In this document: in pieces, positions 51,780 through 64,000 of the stretch
How positions within the stretch are numbered: position 1 is the first letter of the stretch
Layout of the letters: every line of letters starts with the position of its first letter
Assembly: GCA_010909165.1 (NCBI GenBank)
Contig: MU008155.1
Location: 930,001-994,000, forward strand
Direction of reading: 5' to 3'
DNA length: 64,000 nucleotides
Source of the DNA: Anthoceros angustus
Taxonomy: Eukaryota > Plantae > Anthocerotophyta
The notes under the pieces: generated by a model
Seen by the model: only the letters and a program-made list of their open reading frames with translations
What the model was told of the DNA's origin: nothing
Database searches by the model: none
Position numbers and translations under genes: made by a program

Positions 51780-53880
51780 TCCTCGCTTGGCTTCTCTAAA
51801 GTATTGAGACGGAGGTCCATGAATTGAGCTGCTGGGATCTCGTCTCGATATCACGTTGCCCGCACTTGAGAGCGGCTACCGATCCGAGCACACCCATCCA
51901 GACCCACTCGCCCACGTATACTCCATCAACTTCCTCAACAAGATAGGCTTGGTATGGAAACTACTCATCATCTGTGCATTATACGCCTTATGTTCCATGA
52001 CCTTCTCCTCAAAGCGGGTTGTCAACCAGCCATCATTCATAAAAGCCGGTGCGTGAGTGAGAAATGTTGTGGCACACAATCGCTTCAACGATCCAGTGGT
52101 GATATAATCTGCATCATACAGCTTGTCTGTTGCAACCGCTTTCACATTAGTTTTGTGCGACACCTAAGTGACACTTTACAGCAAGCAAAACCTCCCGTAC
52201 CATGGACATGTCATCTGGGGAATGAAATACCACGACGCGAAATACCTCGATGTCGTGATGCCCCGGAATTGCAATATGATATTTTCAAACTCATCGCGTC
52301 AATCATACCTCCTTGAGTTGGCATCCAGATGCAACCCTCGTGGCAAGTCCAATAGGAGCAGGGCAAGCGGACGGGGTTCCACAATGAGCCATTCTCACGA
52401 TGTTACCACATATTATTCCTATCTGCATGATCTCCGGAAGCATCTCGATCGTCTTCAACTTATCGGATGGAGGTCTCCAAGAATCGCCGCCATCTCGCCA
52501 TAATCTTCCATGCTTTGGCCTTCAACACATGTTCCTTGAAACTCGGAGTGCACTCCACGTTAGGCAAGCATTGGCTCGCACAACAAGGCAAAACCACCGT
52601 CAACCATGAGTGTTCATGGGCATATGGGAGTGTACATGGGCAAAGCGTCGGCGCCTAAAACAAATCGGATGCCCACCAAAGATTCTTAGAAATCAAACAT
52701 ATGACAAGCAGCCGTCCGGTGTGGACATTCCATACTTGCTCGGGTTCACACTTACCATATTTTTGAAAGCCGGTTGGAAGTTTGGTCCACAGTCTTGTAT
52801 TGAGGATACCGCTCCTAACCCGCTCAAACGCTCGCAAGTTCTTCGCAAGTGTGACGTGAATGAGGTTCGGCTTCTCCACCCAATCCGTGCTAAACTCATT
52901 TCCCAGACAAGACCTTCATGCATCTTGTCTTCAAATTGTTGTTGCTACCGAATGTTCAATCCCTTGAAAGCACTTCCACACTCTCACCGCACATCCGCAT
53001 CTTTAACCTCTATGACTACAAGGTCTCGGCCGCAGTTGGCCTTGGCCTTGTCTTCCTCCGCCTTTGTTTGTTTGGCGCTAGGGCTCGGGCCGCATCTATT
53101 TGTTCGTGCAATCGCCACATTCCCACTTCTCAAATATCTCGTCCACATACCTCCACACTTCTTCATCAACCTTCGCCACGCAGTAATCAAGTGTCCGTTG
53201 TCCACCGTGATAATCGAACCTTGGGGCCATGCTTTCGCATCCCACTTGGGGATCCCGCCTGGGCATATACATCCAGCTTCCTACATCGCACTTCAAGCCC
53301 TTCGCTCCCCGCACATCAACTCACCGATGTAACGCACTGCCCATGAAGGTGAATGTCTTCCGGCATCTGCGATGGTGTTGTGGTCTGCAGGCTACGATCC
53401 TCATCTCGTCCTCGTGAGTCCTAGCACATATGCATCCATCCACTTGAACTCTTCCTTCATTGGATCGAAAGCCGGGACCTTGCACGGAAGGAATGGTTCC
53501 CTCCCAAGACGAAGAAATTGTAAAGCCCTCTCATCCACCTTCTCAACGTCAAAGTTCTCTTTGTGAGGACAGCGAGGTCGACAACCACAACCATTGGCAA
53601 GACACCACTACCCATGGGCGTGTTTCATCTTCGCATCAAAGCCTCTACCCACGCGAGATCCAGCTTCCTCACCTTAGCTGCCTCACAGATCTTGGGGTGC
53701 GGACTTGATTGGCAACTTCAAGGTAGACTCCCGGACTCTCTTGATAGCAATACCGTCCCTTTCGACGTCCCGACTTGCATCCGCTTTTATGGCGAGCCTA
53801 TCATCGCGTGGCGACATCTGCCTTAGCTCTCTCCACAAACCTTGGCGTGGATCCTCTTCCTCCTCCTCCTCCACAATTCC
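51780..53880 (-). pseudogene. Frame-disrupted ParB-like plus beta-class DNA amino-methyltransferase gene, copy 2
   Basis: IITVDNGHLITAWRRL (~53205-53160, ParB-like DGxHRxxA variant); PSFKEHVLKAKAWK; LLLLDLPRG (52335-52360); VVFHSPDDMSMVREVL (52185-52236); HKTNV; TKPILLRKLMEY...GWV (51900-51957); VAALKCG.NVIS (51845-51879). Colinear with copy 1. Confidence 0.7.
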
Positions 53881-56800
53881 GGCTTCTCCGTCTTGCCACA
53901 GGTTTCTTGGCTACCTACCGCCTTTTCCTAATGTTTGCCATCTGCGGGGCCTCTCCTCTTTCCCCTTTCTTCAAATTTCCCATGAAGGCCTCGCTGCACC
54001 CTCCTGCGATCGAGAAGACCAGAACCATCCCGTGCAGGATAATATCCCGAGGTCATCTCGCCATCGCCTCTTCTTCAAGTTCTCCTCCTCCTCCTCCGAC
54101 CCACCTGCTTCCTCCAAGCTGCGCATCTTCGTCCTCCCACAAGGTAGAATGCCATCCGCAAAGCCCTCGGTGTCCTCGTTCGCCCCGACGTCCTCCTCAC
54201 CCGTCGACTACCTTGAGTAAAATGGAAGTGGCTCACCAAGTCTGGCCGCCAGTGAAACCGCTGGACGCCCGGTGCGCGGTAGTATCATGGACACCACCGG
54301 CTTGAGCAAACCGAGGCTGGATCCCCATCGTGTGGTATTGAAGAAGCATTGTTGGGATGCCTCTTCGCCACGGCAAGATCGGGTTGCTTCCCAACAGCAG
54401 ATCATGGGTTGCTTCTCAATTTGCATTGTTGGTTGCTTCCCGAGAGATGCATTGACGGACCGCTAGCTTGACGAACCCGCCCTGCACCCACTCCTACTCT
54501 AAGACGACTCTTGGGTTCAATCGACCCGGACATGCTCGAACCAACAGTTTGCGATTCCTTCTAAGCAAATTTGGTGCAACACTTTGTGGAACACTTTGTG
54601 TCCATCATTGTTACGCAACCCCGCAGCCTTCCTCTCTCACACTTTCCTACCGGCAAGCCACGGGGTCAAAAGTCCGGATCGCAGGTGAGTATACTGGACG
54701 TGGGGTCAGCTTGAGAAGCTGGTCTTCGTGAGTGCAGGAAAATTACGCACTTTGGTCATCCTTCTCCACAAATGCGTGAACAAAACAAAGACCAAGACAG
54801 AAGACTTTATACTTGAGTCAGCATCCAAGATGTACAGATACAGTATGTCCAGGACGCTGTCAGACCAATTCATATCAAAGGGAGAGTGTTCCAGAACATC
54901 TTTACGATCATGTCGATTTCACCGCTTGTATGGACTTTGGAATGATGTTGCTCGGTGGCGAGGTAGTGTGCGGGTCAAAGTTGTCATGCTATGGGTCTTG
55001 GAGGCCTTGGACCGGACTCGTGACAATGTTCGGGGCATCTGCGAATCGCGGCCTTCCGGGCCTGCTTTCTTCTCACCGCGGCGTCGCTCAAGACCTTTAC
55101 TCCGCTTCTTGGTCCGAGGTGCCATCTCGCAAAACACAAACCAAGTAGCAATGAGGCATCACGCACTATGGATTATGGATCGCAGCACGCCTTCATCACC
55201 CACCTTGATACCCTCCTCTTCAATCACCGGACAACCGGTGAGGATGAAGCGCCGATGATCCACGGATCCACGACTCTCAACGGCGATATGAACCTCCCGA
55301 TATGGAAGTGGTCGAATACCACCACGGTTACCAAAATACTTGAGTGAACCTTCGGGCTTCTCCCGTCTTGCCACAGGTTTCTTGGCTTTCCTGCCACCGC
55401 ACTTGCCCCTTTCCTAACTGTTGCCATCTGCAGGGCCTCTCCTCTTTCCCCCTTTCTTCAAATTTCCATGGAAGGCCTCTCACCGCACCTCCGCGATCGA
55501 AGCCCTCAAGACCAGAACCATCCGTGCAGGATAATATCCCGAGGTCATCCTGCTCATCAGCCTCTTCTTCGAAGTTCTCCTCCTCCTCTTCCGAGCCACC
55601 TTCAGCTTCCTCCAACTGCGCATCTTCGTCCTCCCCACATGGTAGAATGCCATCCGCAAAGCCCTCGGTGTCCTCAGGTTCGTCCTGGACGTCCTCCTCA
55701 CACCCGATCAGACTACCTTCAGAGTAAAATGGAAGTGGCTCACCAAGTCTGCTGGCCACAGTGAAACCGCGGGACGTCCGGTGCCCGGGGTAGTATCATG
55801 GACACCACCGGCTTGAAACCGAGGCGGTCGCTGGATCCCCATCGATGGCATTGAAGAAGCATTGTTGGGATGCCCGCCACGGTGTCGTTGCTTCCCAACA
55901 AGCAATGACCTTTGGGGGTTCACAATTTGCATTGTTGGGTTGCTTCCCAGAGATGCATTACTGACCAGCCGGGTTGATTTAACCCGGCCCCTGCACTCCT
56001 CCCTATGATCGACTCTTGGGTTCAATCGGCGGACATGCTCGAACCAACAGGTTGCTTGATTCCTTCTAAGCAAATTTGGTGCAACACTTTGTGGAACACT
56101 TTGTGTCCATCATTGTTACGCAACCCCGCAGTTCCTCTCTCACTTTCAAAGCCACGGGGTCAAAAGTCCGGATCGCGAGTATACTCGGATGGCGTGGGGT
56201 CGAGCTTGAGAAGTCACGGTCTTGAGTCAGGAAAATTACGTACCTTGGTCATCCTTCTCCACAAATCAAGTGAACAAAAGCAGCACCAAGGCAGGAAGAC
56301 TTTATACTTGAGTGCATCCAAGATGTATCTGACATATGCATGTCCAACAGGATTCTTGTCAGAGACCAATTCTGTCGAAACATATCAAAGGAGAGTGTTC
56401 GAACATCTTTCGATCATGTCGATTTCACCGCTTGTATGGACTTTGGAATGATGTTCGTGTCGACGAGGCAGTGCCTGAGGTCAAAGTTGTCATGCTATGG
56501 GTCTTGAGGCCTTGGGACTGGACTCGTGACAATGTTGGGGCCTCTGCGAATCGCCGCCTCAGCCCAAGCTTTTCTCACCGCAGTAGCGCGCCCTGCCCAG
56601 AGGTGCCATCAAACCAAGTAGCAATGAGGCATCACGCACTATGGATTATGGACCGTGCAGCACGCTTCATCACCCACCTACCTCCTCTTCAATCACCGGA
56701 CAACGGTGATGAGCGCCGATGATCCATGATCCACCGACTCCTCAACGGCGATATGAACCTCCCGATATGGAAGTGGTCGAATACCACCACGGTTACCAAA

Positions 56801-59800
56801 ATACCCGGAGTGAACCTTGCCTCCGTCTTGCCACAGGTTTCTTGGCTTTCTGCTACCGCGACCGTCCCTTTTCCGAACTGCCATCTGCGGGCCTCTCCTC
56901 TTTCCCCTTTCTTCAAATTTCCCAGCATGCCTCTGCACCTCCTGCCGATCGAATGACCCCGGAAGACACGTAAACCATCCCGTGCGGGGATAATATCCCG
57001 AGGTCATCCTGCTCACGCCTCTCTTCAAGTTCTCCTCCTCTTCGACCCACCTTCGCCTCCAATTGCATCGTCCTCCCCACAAGGTAGAATGCCATCCAAA
57101 GCCCTCGGTGTCCTCGGTTGTCCTGACGCCCTCCTCACCCCGATCGGACTACCTTGAGTAAAATGGAAGTAGCTCACACCCCTGCTGCAGTGAACCGCGT
57201 CGCCCGCGTGTAGTATCATGGACACTAATAGCACGAAAGGCTTGGATCCCCATCGGACGTATTGAAGAAGCATTGTTGGGATGCCTCGCCGCAAAGACAA
57301 GGTTGCTTCCCAACAAAGCGATCGGGTTGCTTCCGAATTGCTGTTGGGTTGCTTCGAGAGATGCATTAACGGGACGGGCGACAGCCTGAGAACTCGCCCC
57401 TGCAGACCCTCCACTCTACTCACCTTGACTCTTGGGTTCAATCACCGCATATCCGAACCAACAGTTTGCTGATTCCTTCTAAGCAAATTTGGTGCAACAC
57501 TTTGTGGAACACTTTGTGTCCATCATTGTTACATAACCACAGTTCCTCTCTCACACTTTCCGGTGGCAAGCCACGGGGTCAAAAGTCGGATCGCGGTGAG
57601 TATACTCGGATGGCCGTGGGGTCAGCTTGAGAAGGAGGTCGGTCTTGAGTGCGAGAGGAAAATTACCCTTGGTCATCCTTCTCCACAAACTGCGTGAACA
57701 AAACAGCGCCAAGACAGGAAGACTTTATACTTGACTGCGCTGCATCCAAGATGCTGATACGATATGTCCAGTGACGTTCATGACCAATTCTGTCCGACAT
57801 ATCAAAGGGAGAGTGTTCCAGAACATCTTTCTGATCATGTCGATTTCCGCCTGCTTGTATGGACTTTGGAATGATGTTCTGGTCGGTGACGAGGTAGTGT
57901 GTCACTGGGTCAAAGTTGTCGCGCTATGGGTCTTGAGGCCTTGGGACGGACTCGTGACAATGTTCGGGGCCTCATGAATCGCCGGCCTTCCGCCGGGCCC
58001 GTTTCTTCTCACCGCGAGCGCTGGCTCGGCTCGACCTTTACTCCGCTTCTTGGTGCAGGTGCCATCGCAAAACACAAACCAAGTAGCAATGAGGCATCAC
58101 GCACTATGGATTATGGTCGCAAGTAGCACGCCTTCATCACCCACCTTGATACCTCCTCTTCAATCATTGGACAACCGGTGAGGATGAAGCGCCGATGATC
58201 ACGGGATCCACCGACTCCTCAGCGCGATATGAACCTCCCGATATGGAAGTACCACCACGGTTACCAAAATACTTGGAGTGAACCTTGGGCTTCTCAGTCT
58301 TGCCACCAGGTTTCTTGGCTTTCACGCTACCGCGCACCGTCCCTTTCAATCTGTTGCCATCTGCAGGCCTCTCCTCTTCCCCTTCAAATTTCCCATGAAG
58401 GCCTCTTGCTGCACCTCCTGCGATCCGAACAGCCCCCGCGGAAGACGCATAAACCATCCCGTGCGGGGATAATATCCGGTCATCCCGCTCATCGCCTCTT
58501 CTTGAAGTTCTCTCCTCCTCTTCCGACCCACCTTGACTTCCTCCAATTGCGCATCTTCGTCCTCCCCACAAGGTAGAATGCCATCCAAAGCCCTCGGTGT
58601 CCCTCGGGTTCGTCTGGGCGTCCTCCTCACCCCCGTCGAGACTACCTTGAGTAAAATGGAAGTGGCTCACCAAATCTGCAGCCACGTGAAACCGCTGGGC
58701 GTCCGGTAGGTGCCCGGCGGTAGTATCATGGACACCACCGGCCACCAGAACTGGGCTGGCGGATCCCCAATGCGACGGTATTGAAGAAGCATTGTTGGGA
58801 TGCCTCTTCGCCCGCAGACGGTTGCTTCCAAATGAGCCTTTATTGCTTTAATTTGCATTGTTGGGTTGCTTCCCGAGAGGGAAGCAGGACGGCGCTAGCG
58901 GTGACGAACCCCGGCCCCCACTCCTACTCGGCAGCGACTCTTGGGTTCAATCGACCGGACATGCTCGAACCAACAGTTTGTCTCGATTCCTTCTAAGCAA
59001 ATTTGGTGCAACACTTTGTGGAACACTTTGTGTCCATCATTATTCATAACCCTCAGGTTCCTCTCTCTCACACTTTCGGGTGGCAAAGCCTATACGGGGT
59101 CAAAAGTCGGATCGCGGTGAGTATACTCGGATGGCCGTGGGGTCGAGCTTGAGAAGGCCCTCGTCTTGAGTGCGAGAGGAAAATTCACGCACTTGGTCAT
59201 CCTTCTCCACAAGCTGCGTGAACAACAGGCACCAAGGCAGGAAGACTTTATACTGAGCGCATCCAAGATGGCTGGATACAGTATGTCCAACAGGACGTTG
59301 CTAGAGACCAATTCTGTCCGACATATCAAGGAGAGTGTTCGGGAACATCTTTTACGATCATGTCGATCACGCTGCTTGTATGGACTTTGGAATGATGTTC
59401 GTGTATGGCCAGGTAGTGTGTCATGAGGTCAAAGTTGTCATGCTATGGGTCTTGAGGCCTTGGACGGACTCGTGACAATGTCCAGGGGCCTCTGCGAATC
59501 ACCGGCCCGGGCCGTTTCTTCATCGGTGCGAGCGCGTCAGCTCGACACCTTTACTCCGCTTCTTGAGTGCAGGTGCCATCTGCAAAAAACAAACCAAGTA
59601 GAAATGAGGCATCAAGCACTACGGATTATTGACTACAAGTATCACGCTTCATCAGCCCACCTTGATATCCTCCTCTTCAATCAGGACAACCGGTGAGGAT
59701 GAAGCGCCGATCCATGATCCACCCGACCTCAGCGCGATATGAACCTCTCCGATATGGAAGTGGTCGAATACCACCACGGTTACCAAAATACTTGAGTGAA

Positions 59801-62770
59801 CCTTGGGCTTCTCCCGTCTTGCCACAGGTTTCTTGGCTTTCACGCTCACTGACCGCCCCTTGTCCCTTTTAATTTGCCATCTGCAGGGGCCTCCTCTTCC
59901 CCTTTCTTCAAATTTCCCATGAAGGCCTCCCCGCACCCTCCTGCGATCGAATGACCCCCAAGACGTCAACCATCCCGTGCGGGGATAATATCCCGAGGTC
60001 ATCACGCTCATCGGCCTCTTCTTGAGTTCTCCTCCTCCGACCCACCTTGACTTCCTCCAATTGCGCATCTTCGTCCTCCCACAAGGTAGAATGCCATCCA
60101 TAAAGCCCTCGGTGTCCTCGAGGTTCGTCTGGAGCCTCCTCCTCCTCACCCGTCGGACTACCTTGAGTAAAATGGAAGTGGCTCACCAAATCACGGGCCA
60201 GTGAAACAGCAGACCAAGGGTGCCGCGGTAGTATCATGGACACCACCGGCCAGCGTGAAAGCCCAAGGGCTTCTTTGGATCCCCATCTTGACGGTATTGA
60301 AGAAGCATTGTTGGGATGCCTCTTCGCCCGCAGATGCTCAGGTTGCTTCCCAAGCAGCATTGGGTTGTCATGCAATTGCATTGTTGGGTTGCTTCAGAGA
60401 TGCATTGACGGGACCGGCTAGCTTGTGACAGCCCCTGGACCCACTCTACTCTCGGCAGCGACTCTTGGGTTCAATCGACCCGGACATGCTCGAACCAACG
60501 GTTTTGATTCCTTCTAAGCAAATTTGGTGCAACACTTTGTGGAACACTTTGTGTCCATCATTGTTACGCAACCCCGCACAGTTCCTCTCTCACACTTTCC
60601 GGCGCCACGGGTCAAAAGTCCGGATCGCGGTGAGTATACTCGGATGGCGTGGGGTCGAGCTTGAGAAGGCATCGGTCTCGAGTGAGGAAAAATTCGTAGC
60701 CATGGTCATCCTTCTCCACTGCGTGAACAAAAGCGGCACCAAGGCAGGAAGACTTTATACTTGAGTCGCTGCATCCAAGATGTCTGATATGTCAGGGGCG
60801 TTCTTTGCAGACCAATTCTGTCCGACATATCAAAGGGAGAGTGTTCGAGAACATCTTTACGATCATGTCGATACCGCAGGTATGGACTTTGGAATGATGT
60901 TGTGATTTAGGTAGTGTGTCGCTGAGGTCAAAGTTGTCATGCTATGGGTCTTGGAGGCCTTGGGACGGACTCGTGACAATGTTCGGGGCCTCTGAATCGC
61001 CGCCTTCCGCGGCCCGTTTCTCGGAGTGCGGCGTCTGGCTCAAGACCTTTACTCCGCTTCTTGGTCCGAGGTGCCATCGCAAAACACAAACCAAGTAGCA
61101 ATGAGGCATCACGCACTATGGATTATGGATCAAGTAGCACGCTTCATCACCTTGATACCTCCTCTTCAATCACCGGACAACGGTGAGGATGAAGCGCCGA
61201 TGATCCACGGATCCACCGACTCCTCAGCGATATGAACCTCCCGATATGGAAGTGGTCGAATACCACCAGGTTGCAAAATGCCGGAGTGAACCTTGGGCTT
61301 CTCCGTCTTGCCACAGGTTTCTTGGCTTTCCACACTACCTTGTCCCTTTTTCGGAATCTGCATTTGCCATCTGCGGGGCCTCTCCTCCTTTCTTCAAATT
61401 TCCCCTTTGTGAAGGCCTCACGCACCTCCTGCGATCGAACAGCCCGAAGACCGCGTAAACCATCCGTGCAGGATAATATCCGAGGTCATCCCCGCCATCG
61501 CCTCTTCTTGAAGTTCTCCTCCGACCCACCTTGACTTCCTCCAATTGCGCATCTTCGTCCTCCCCACAAGGTAGAATGCCATCCGCAAAGCCCTCGGTGT
61601 CCTCGTGTTCGCCTGGACCTCCTCACCCCGATCGACTACCTTGAGTAAAATGGAAGTGGCTCACCAAGCAGCCACTGTGAAACGGGACGCCCGGTGCCGG
61701 CGGTAGTATCATGGACACCACATACCGACGAAACCGAGGCGAAGCCGGATCCCCATCGCTGACGGGGTATTGAAGAAGCATTGTTGGGATGCCTCACCGA
61801 TCGGGTTGCTTCCCGCAAGACCGCGGTTGTTTTGACTATTGTTGGGTTGCTTCGAGAGATGCATTGGGACCTAGCTTCGGTTGACGAACCCGGCCCCAGA
61901 CCCACTCCTACTCTAAGACCGACTCTTGGGTTCAATCGACCTGCATTGCTCGAACCAACAGTTGCGATTCCTTCTAAGCAAATTTGGTGCAACACTTTGT
62001 GGAACACTTTGTGTCCATCATTGTTACGCAACCCCGCAGTTCCTCTCACACTTTCCGGCAAGCCACGGGGTCAAAAGTCCGGATCGCGGTGAGTATACTC
62101 GGATGGCCGTGGGGTCGAGCTTGAGAAGTCATTCGGTCTGAGTGAGGAAAATTACGCCTTTGGTCATCCTTCTCCACAAACTGCTGCGTGAACAAAACAA
62201 AGACCAAGACAGAAGACTTTATACTTGAGTGCGCGCATCCAAGATGTCAGATACGTATGTCCAACAGAGCGTTCTGCATCTGACCAATCGTCCGACATAT
62301 CAAAGGAGAGTGTTCGAACATCTTTCCGATCATGTCGATTTCCACCGCTTGTATGGACTTTGGAATGATGTTGCCTGACGAGGTAGTGTCGCTGGGTCAA
62401 AGTTGTCATGCTATGGGTCTTGGAGGCCTTGGGACCGGACTCGTGACAATGTTCGGGGCCTCATAATCGCCGCCCGCCCGGGCCTGCTTTTCTCAGGGCC
62501 GGCTGCTCAAGACCTTTACTCCGCTTCTTGGTCCGAGGTGCCATCGCAAAACACAAACCAAGTAGCAATGAGGCATCACGCACTATGGATTATGGATCGC
62601 AAGTAGCACGCTTCATCACCCACCTTGATACCTCTCCTCTTCAATCACGGACAACCGGTGAGGATGAAGCGCCGATGATCCAGATCCACCGACTCGACGG
62701 CGATATGAACCTCCCGATATGAAAGTGGTCGAATACCACGGTTACCAAAATACTTCGGAGTGAACCTTTG
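53880..62770. repeat. Tandem array of six ~1.48 kb units carrying the 5' region of the copy 2 ORF
   Basis: CGTCTTGCCACAGGTTTCTTGGCT-type anchor near 53890, 55365, 56825, 58295, 59815 and 61305. Each unit has a minus-strand start, MAPRTKKRSKG-like (for example ATG 55125). Confidence 0.95.
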
Positions 62771-63319
62771 GTGCCCGCTATATGCATCTCCTCGCAATAT
62801 TTTCGCCAAACCCGCCTTCCGCTAGCTCACGACGGTGGATGGCTGGTGTGACGGGGCATGACAGCATTTATCTCCACTGCAGCAACAAATACCGCCAAAT
62901 GAGCTGGAATCGCAAATTGGGTTGATGCACCGTAGTCAGAACTGCTCCGCCATGTTTCGCCGTAACAAGGACACAACCGCTAAACAAAGAATAAAGCATA
63001 TTTTATGGAATATGCCTAGTTTTGCCGCTGGCAAAACTCAATTTCCTATTGCAAAATCTCGTGCTCGATTCTCGCAACTGTGAATGCATTTAACGATCCT
63101 CAAGCGCCATGATTTGTAGCCGCAAAGTAGATATCCGTCCTAATTGTCAATAATCAATGCGGTCCAAAGAACCGAGGCATCTATACATGATGTTGAACGG
63201 GGCAATGGGGGTCTCCTCCTGCGCTCTCAACAATTGCGTTTTCACTAGTCACGAGCAATGGCAAGCGATCTCAATGCGAGAGGAGGAGTTTTTGATTTGG
63301 TGAACGATGACTAGTGACC

Positions 63320-64000
63320 GATGAAGACATCGCCATGTGCCCGAGTCTGGATATCGTGGACTTGGCGGCAGGCCGCAGCAGATGCTAGGCATGGGGGTCC
63401 ACTAGGCAATGTGTCAAATTCGTGGTCGACATTCAAGACGCGCAGACCCTGTAAACCCCGGACGTCCGGTGAAGGCCGCTGTCAAGCTTCAAGACCCGGA
63501 CACGCATCGGATTTGGATCAAACCGACTTGGCCGGGTGATACGTTGGACGCGGCTGCAAGTGATGGAGACCTGTACTTGTTTGATCCGGGATGGACTCCG
63601 GAACGGGCGCAGTGAGACCAGGAACAAATTGCAGCACATGTGGACCGGCATGTCCGAGCTCGACATCGCGCACTGGAGCGGCGGCCCCGATATCCACCAC
63701 CCGACAGGCGCAACCTCGGCCCACCTCGACAGCCTGCAGCCGGCACTATATACCCAGGTCTGTTCAAATCGCCAGGTGCCAAGAAATTGGCAAGGATGTT
63801 CTGCTCTGATCCAAATCCACGCGCAAAGCGGGTGGCTCCTGGGCGAGCGGAAGGTGACAAGGTGGCACCTACAACAAGTCCATGGTGTGCTTCGCAAGAG
63901 TACCATCAACCTTGTGTCACACCACCTGGCACGAATGACAAAGACGGACTCAAGCAGAGTGTTGGTGAGTCTCCGATCATGTGAGAAGATGCATGCGATC
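63320..64000 (+). other. Unidentified frame-disrupted ORF, divergent from the methyltransferase gene, running off the window
   Basis: Open segments IWIKPTWPGDTLDAAASDGDLYLFDPGWT and CSALIQIH...WHLQQVHG...HL...CEKMHA. No family recognised. Confidence 0.3.

Overview
Plant nuclear DNA. Short introns, high intron density and about 50% GC in genes point to a non-seed land plant, such as a hornwort or lycophyte (inference). 1-25 kb is a nest of transposon remnants: two inverted 4.2-4.5 kb LTR-like elements, Copia gag/pol pieces, a GHGKG-motif DDE-like transposase, a possible hAT piece and a solo-LTR-like unit with five tandem TATA modules. It also holds a PR-1/CAP-like gene and a neprosin gene. 25-49 kb is a clean gene island: plastid GAPCp, a SWIM zinc-finger gene head-to-head with a METTL6-like methyltransferase, an intron-rich LRR-XI-type receptor kinase, a predicted 122-aa secreted peptide precursor ending in a CLE-like dodecapeptide, and a CYP71-clan P450. 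50-64 kb is another repeat-like block with six tandem ~1.48 kb units. The most interesting signal is two mutually homologous, frame-disrupted, prokaryote-type beta-class DNA amino-methyltransferase (N4mC/N6mA) genes, at ~0.8-1.6 kb (+) and ~51.8-52.6 kb (-). The second has a ParB-like N-terminal motif, and its 5' end has been amplified sixfold. The indels in repeats appear to avoid CG/CHG-free stretches, so many apparent frameshifts may be base-calling noise on methylated DNA, and these genes may be intact. Also notable are three template-switch junctions, each with exactly 9 bp microhomology, that triplicate the GAPCp promoter and exon 1. All family assignments come from manual translation and motif recognition; no database searches were run.
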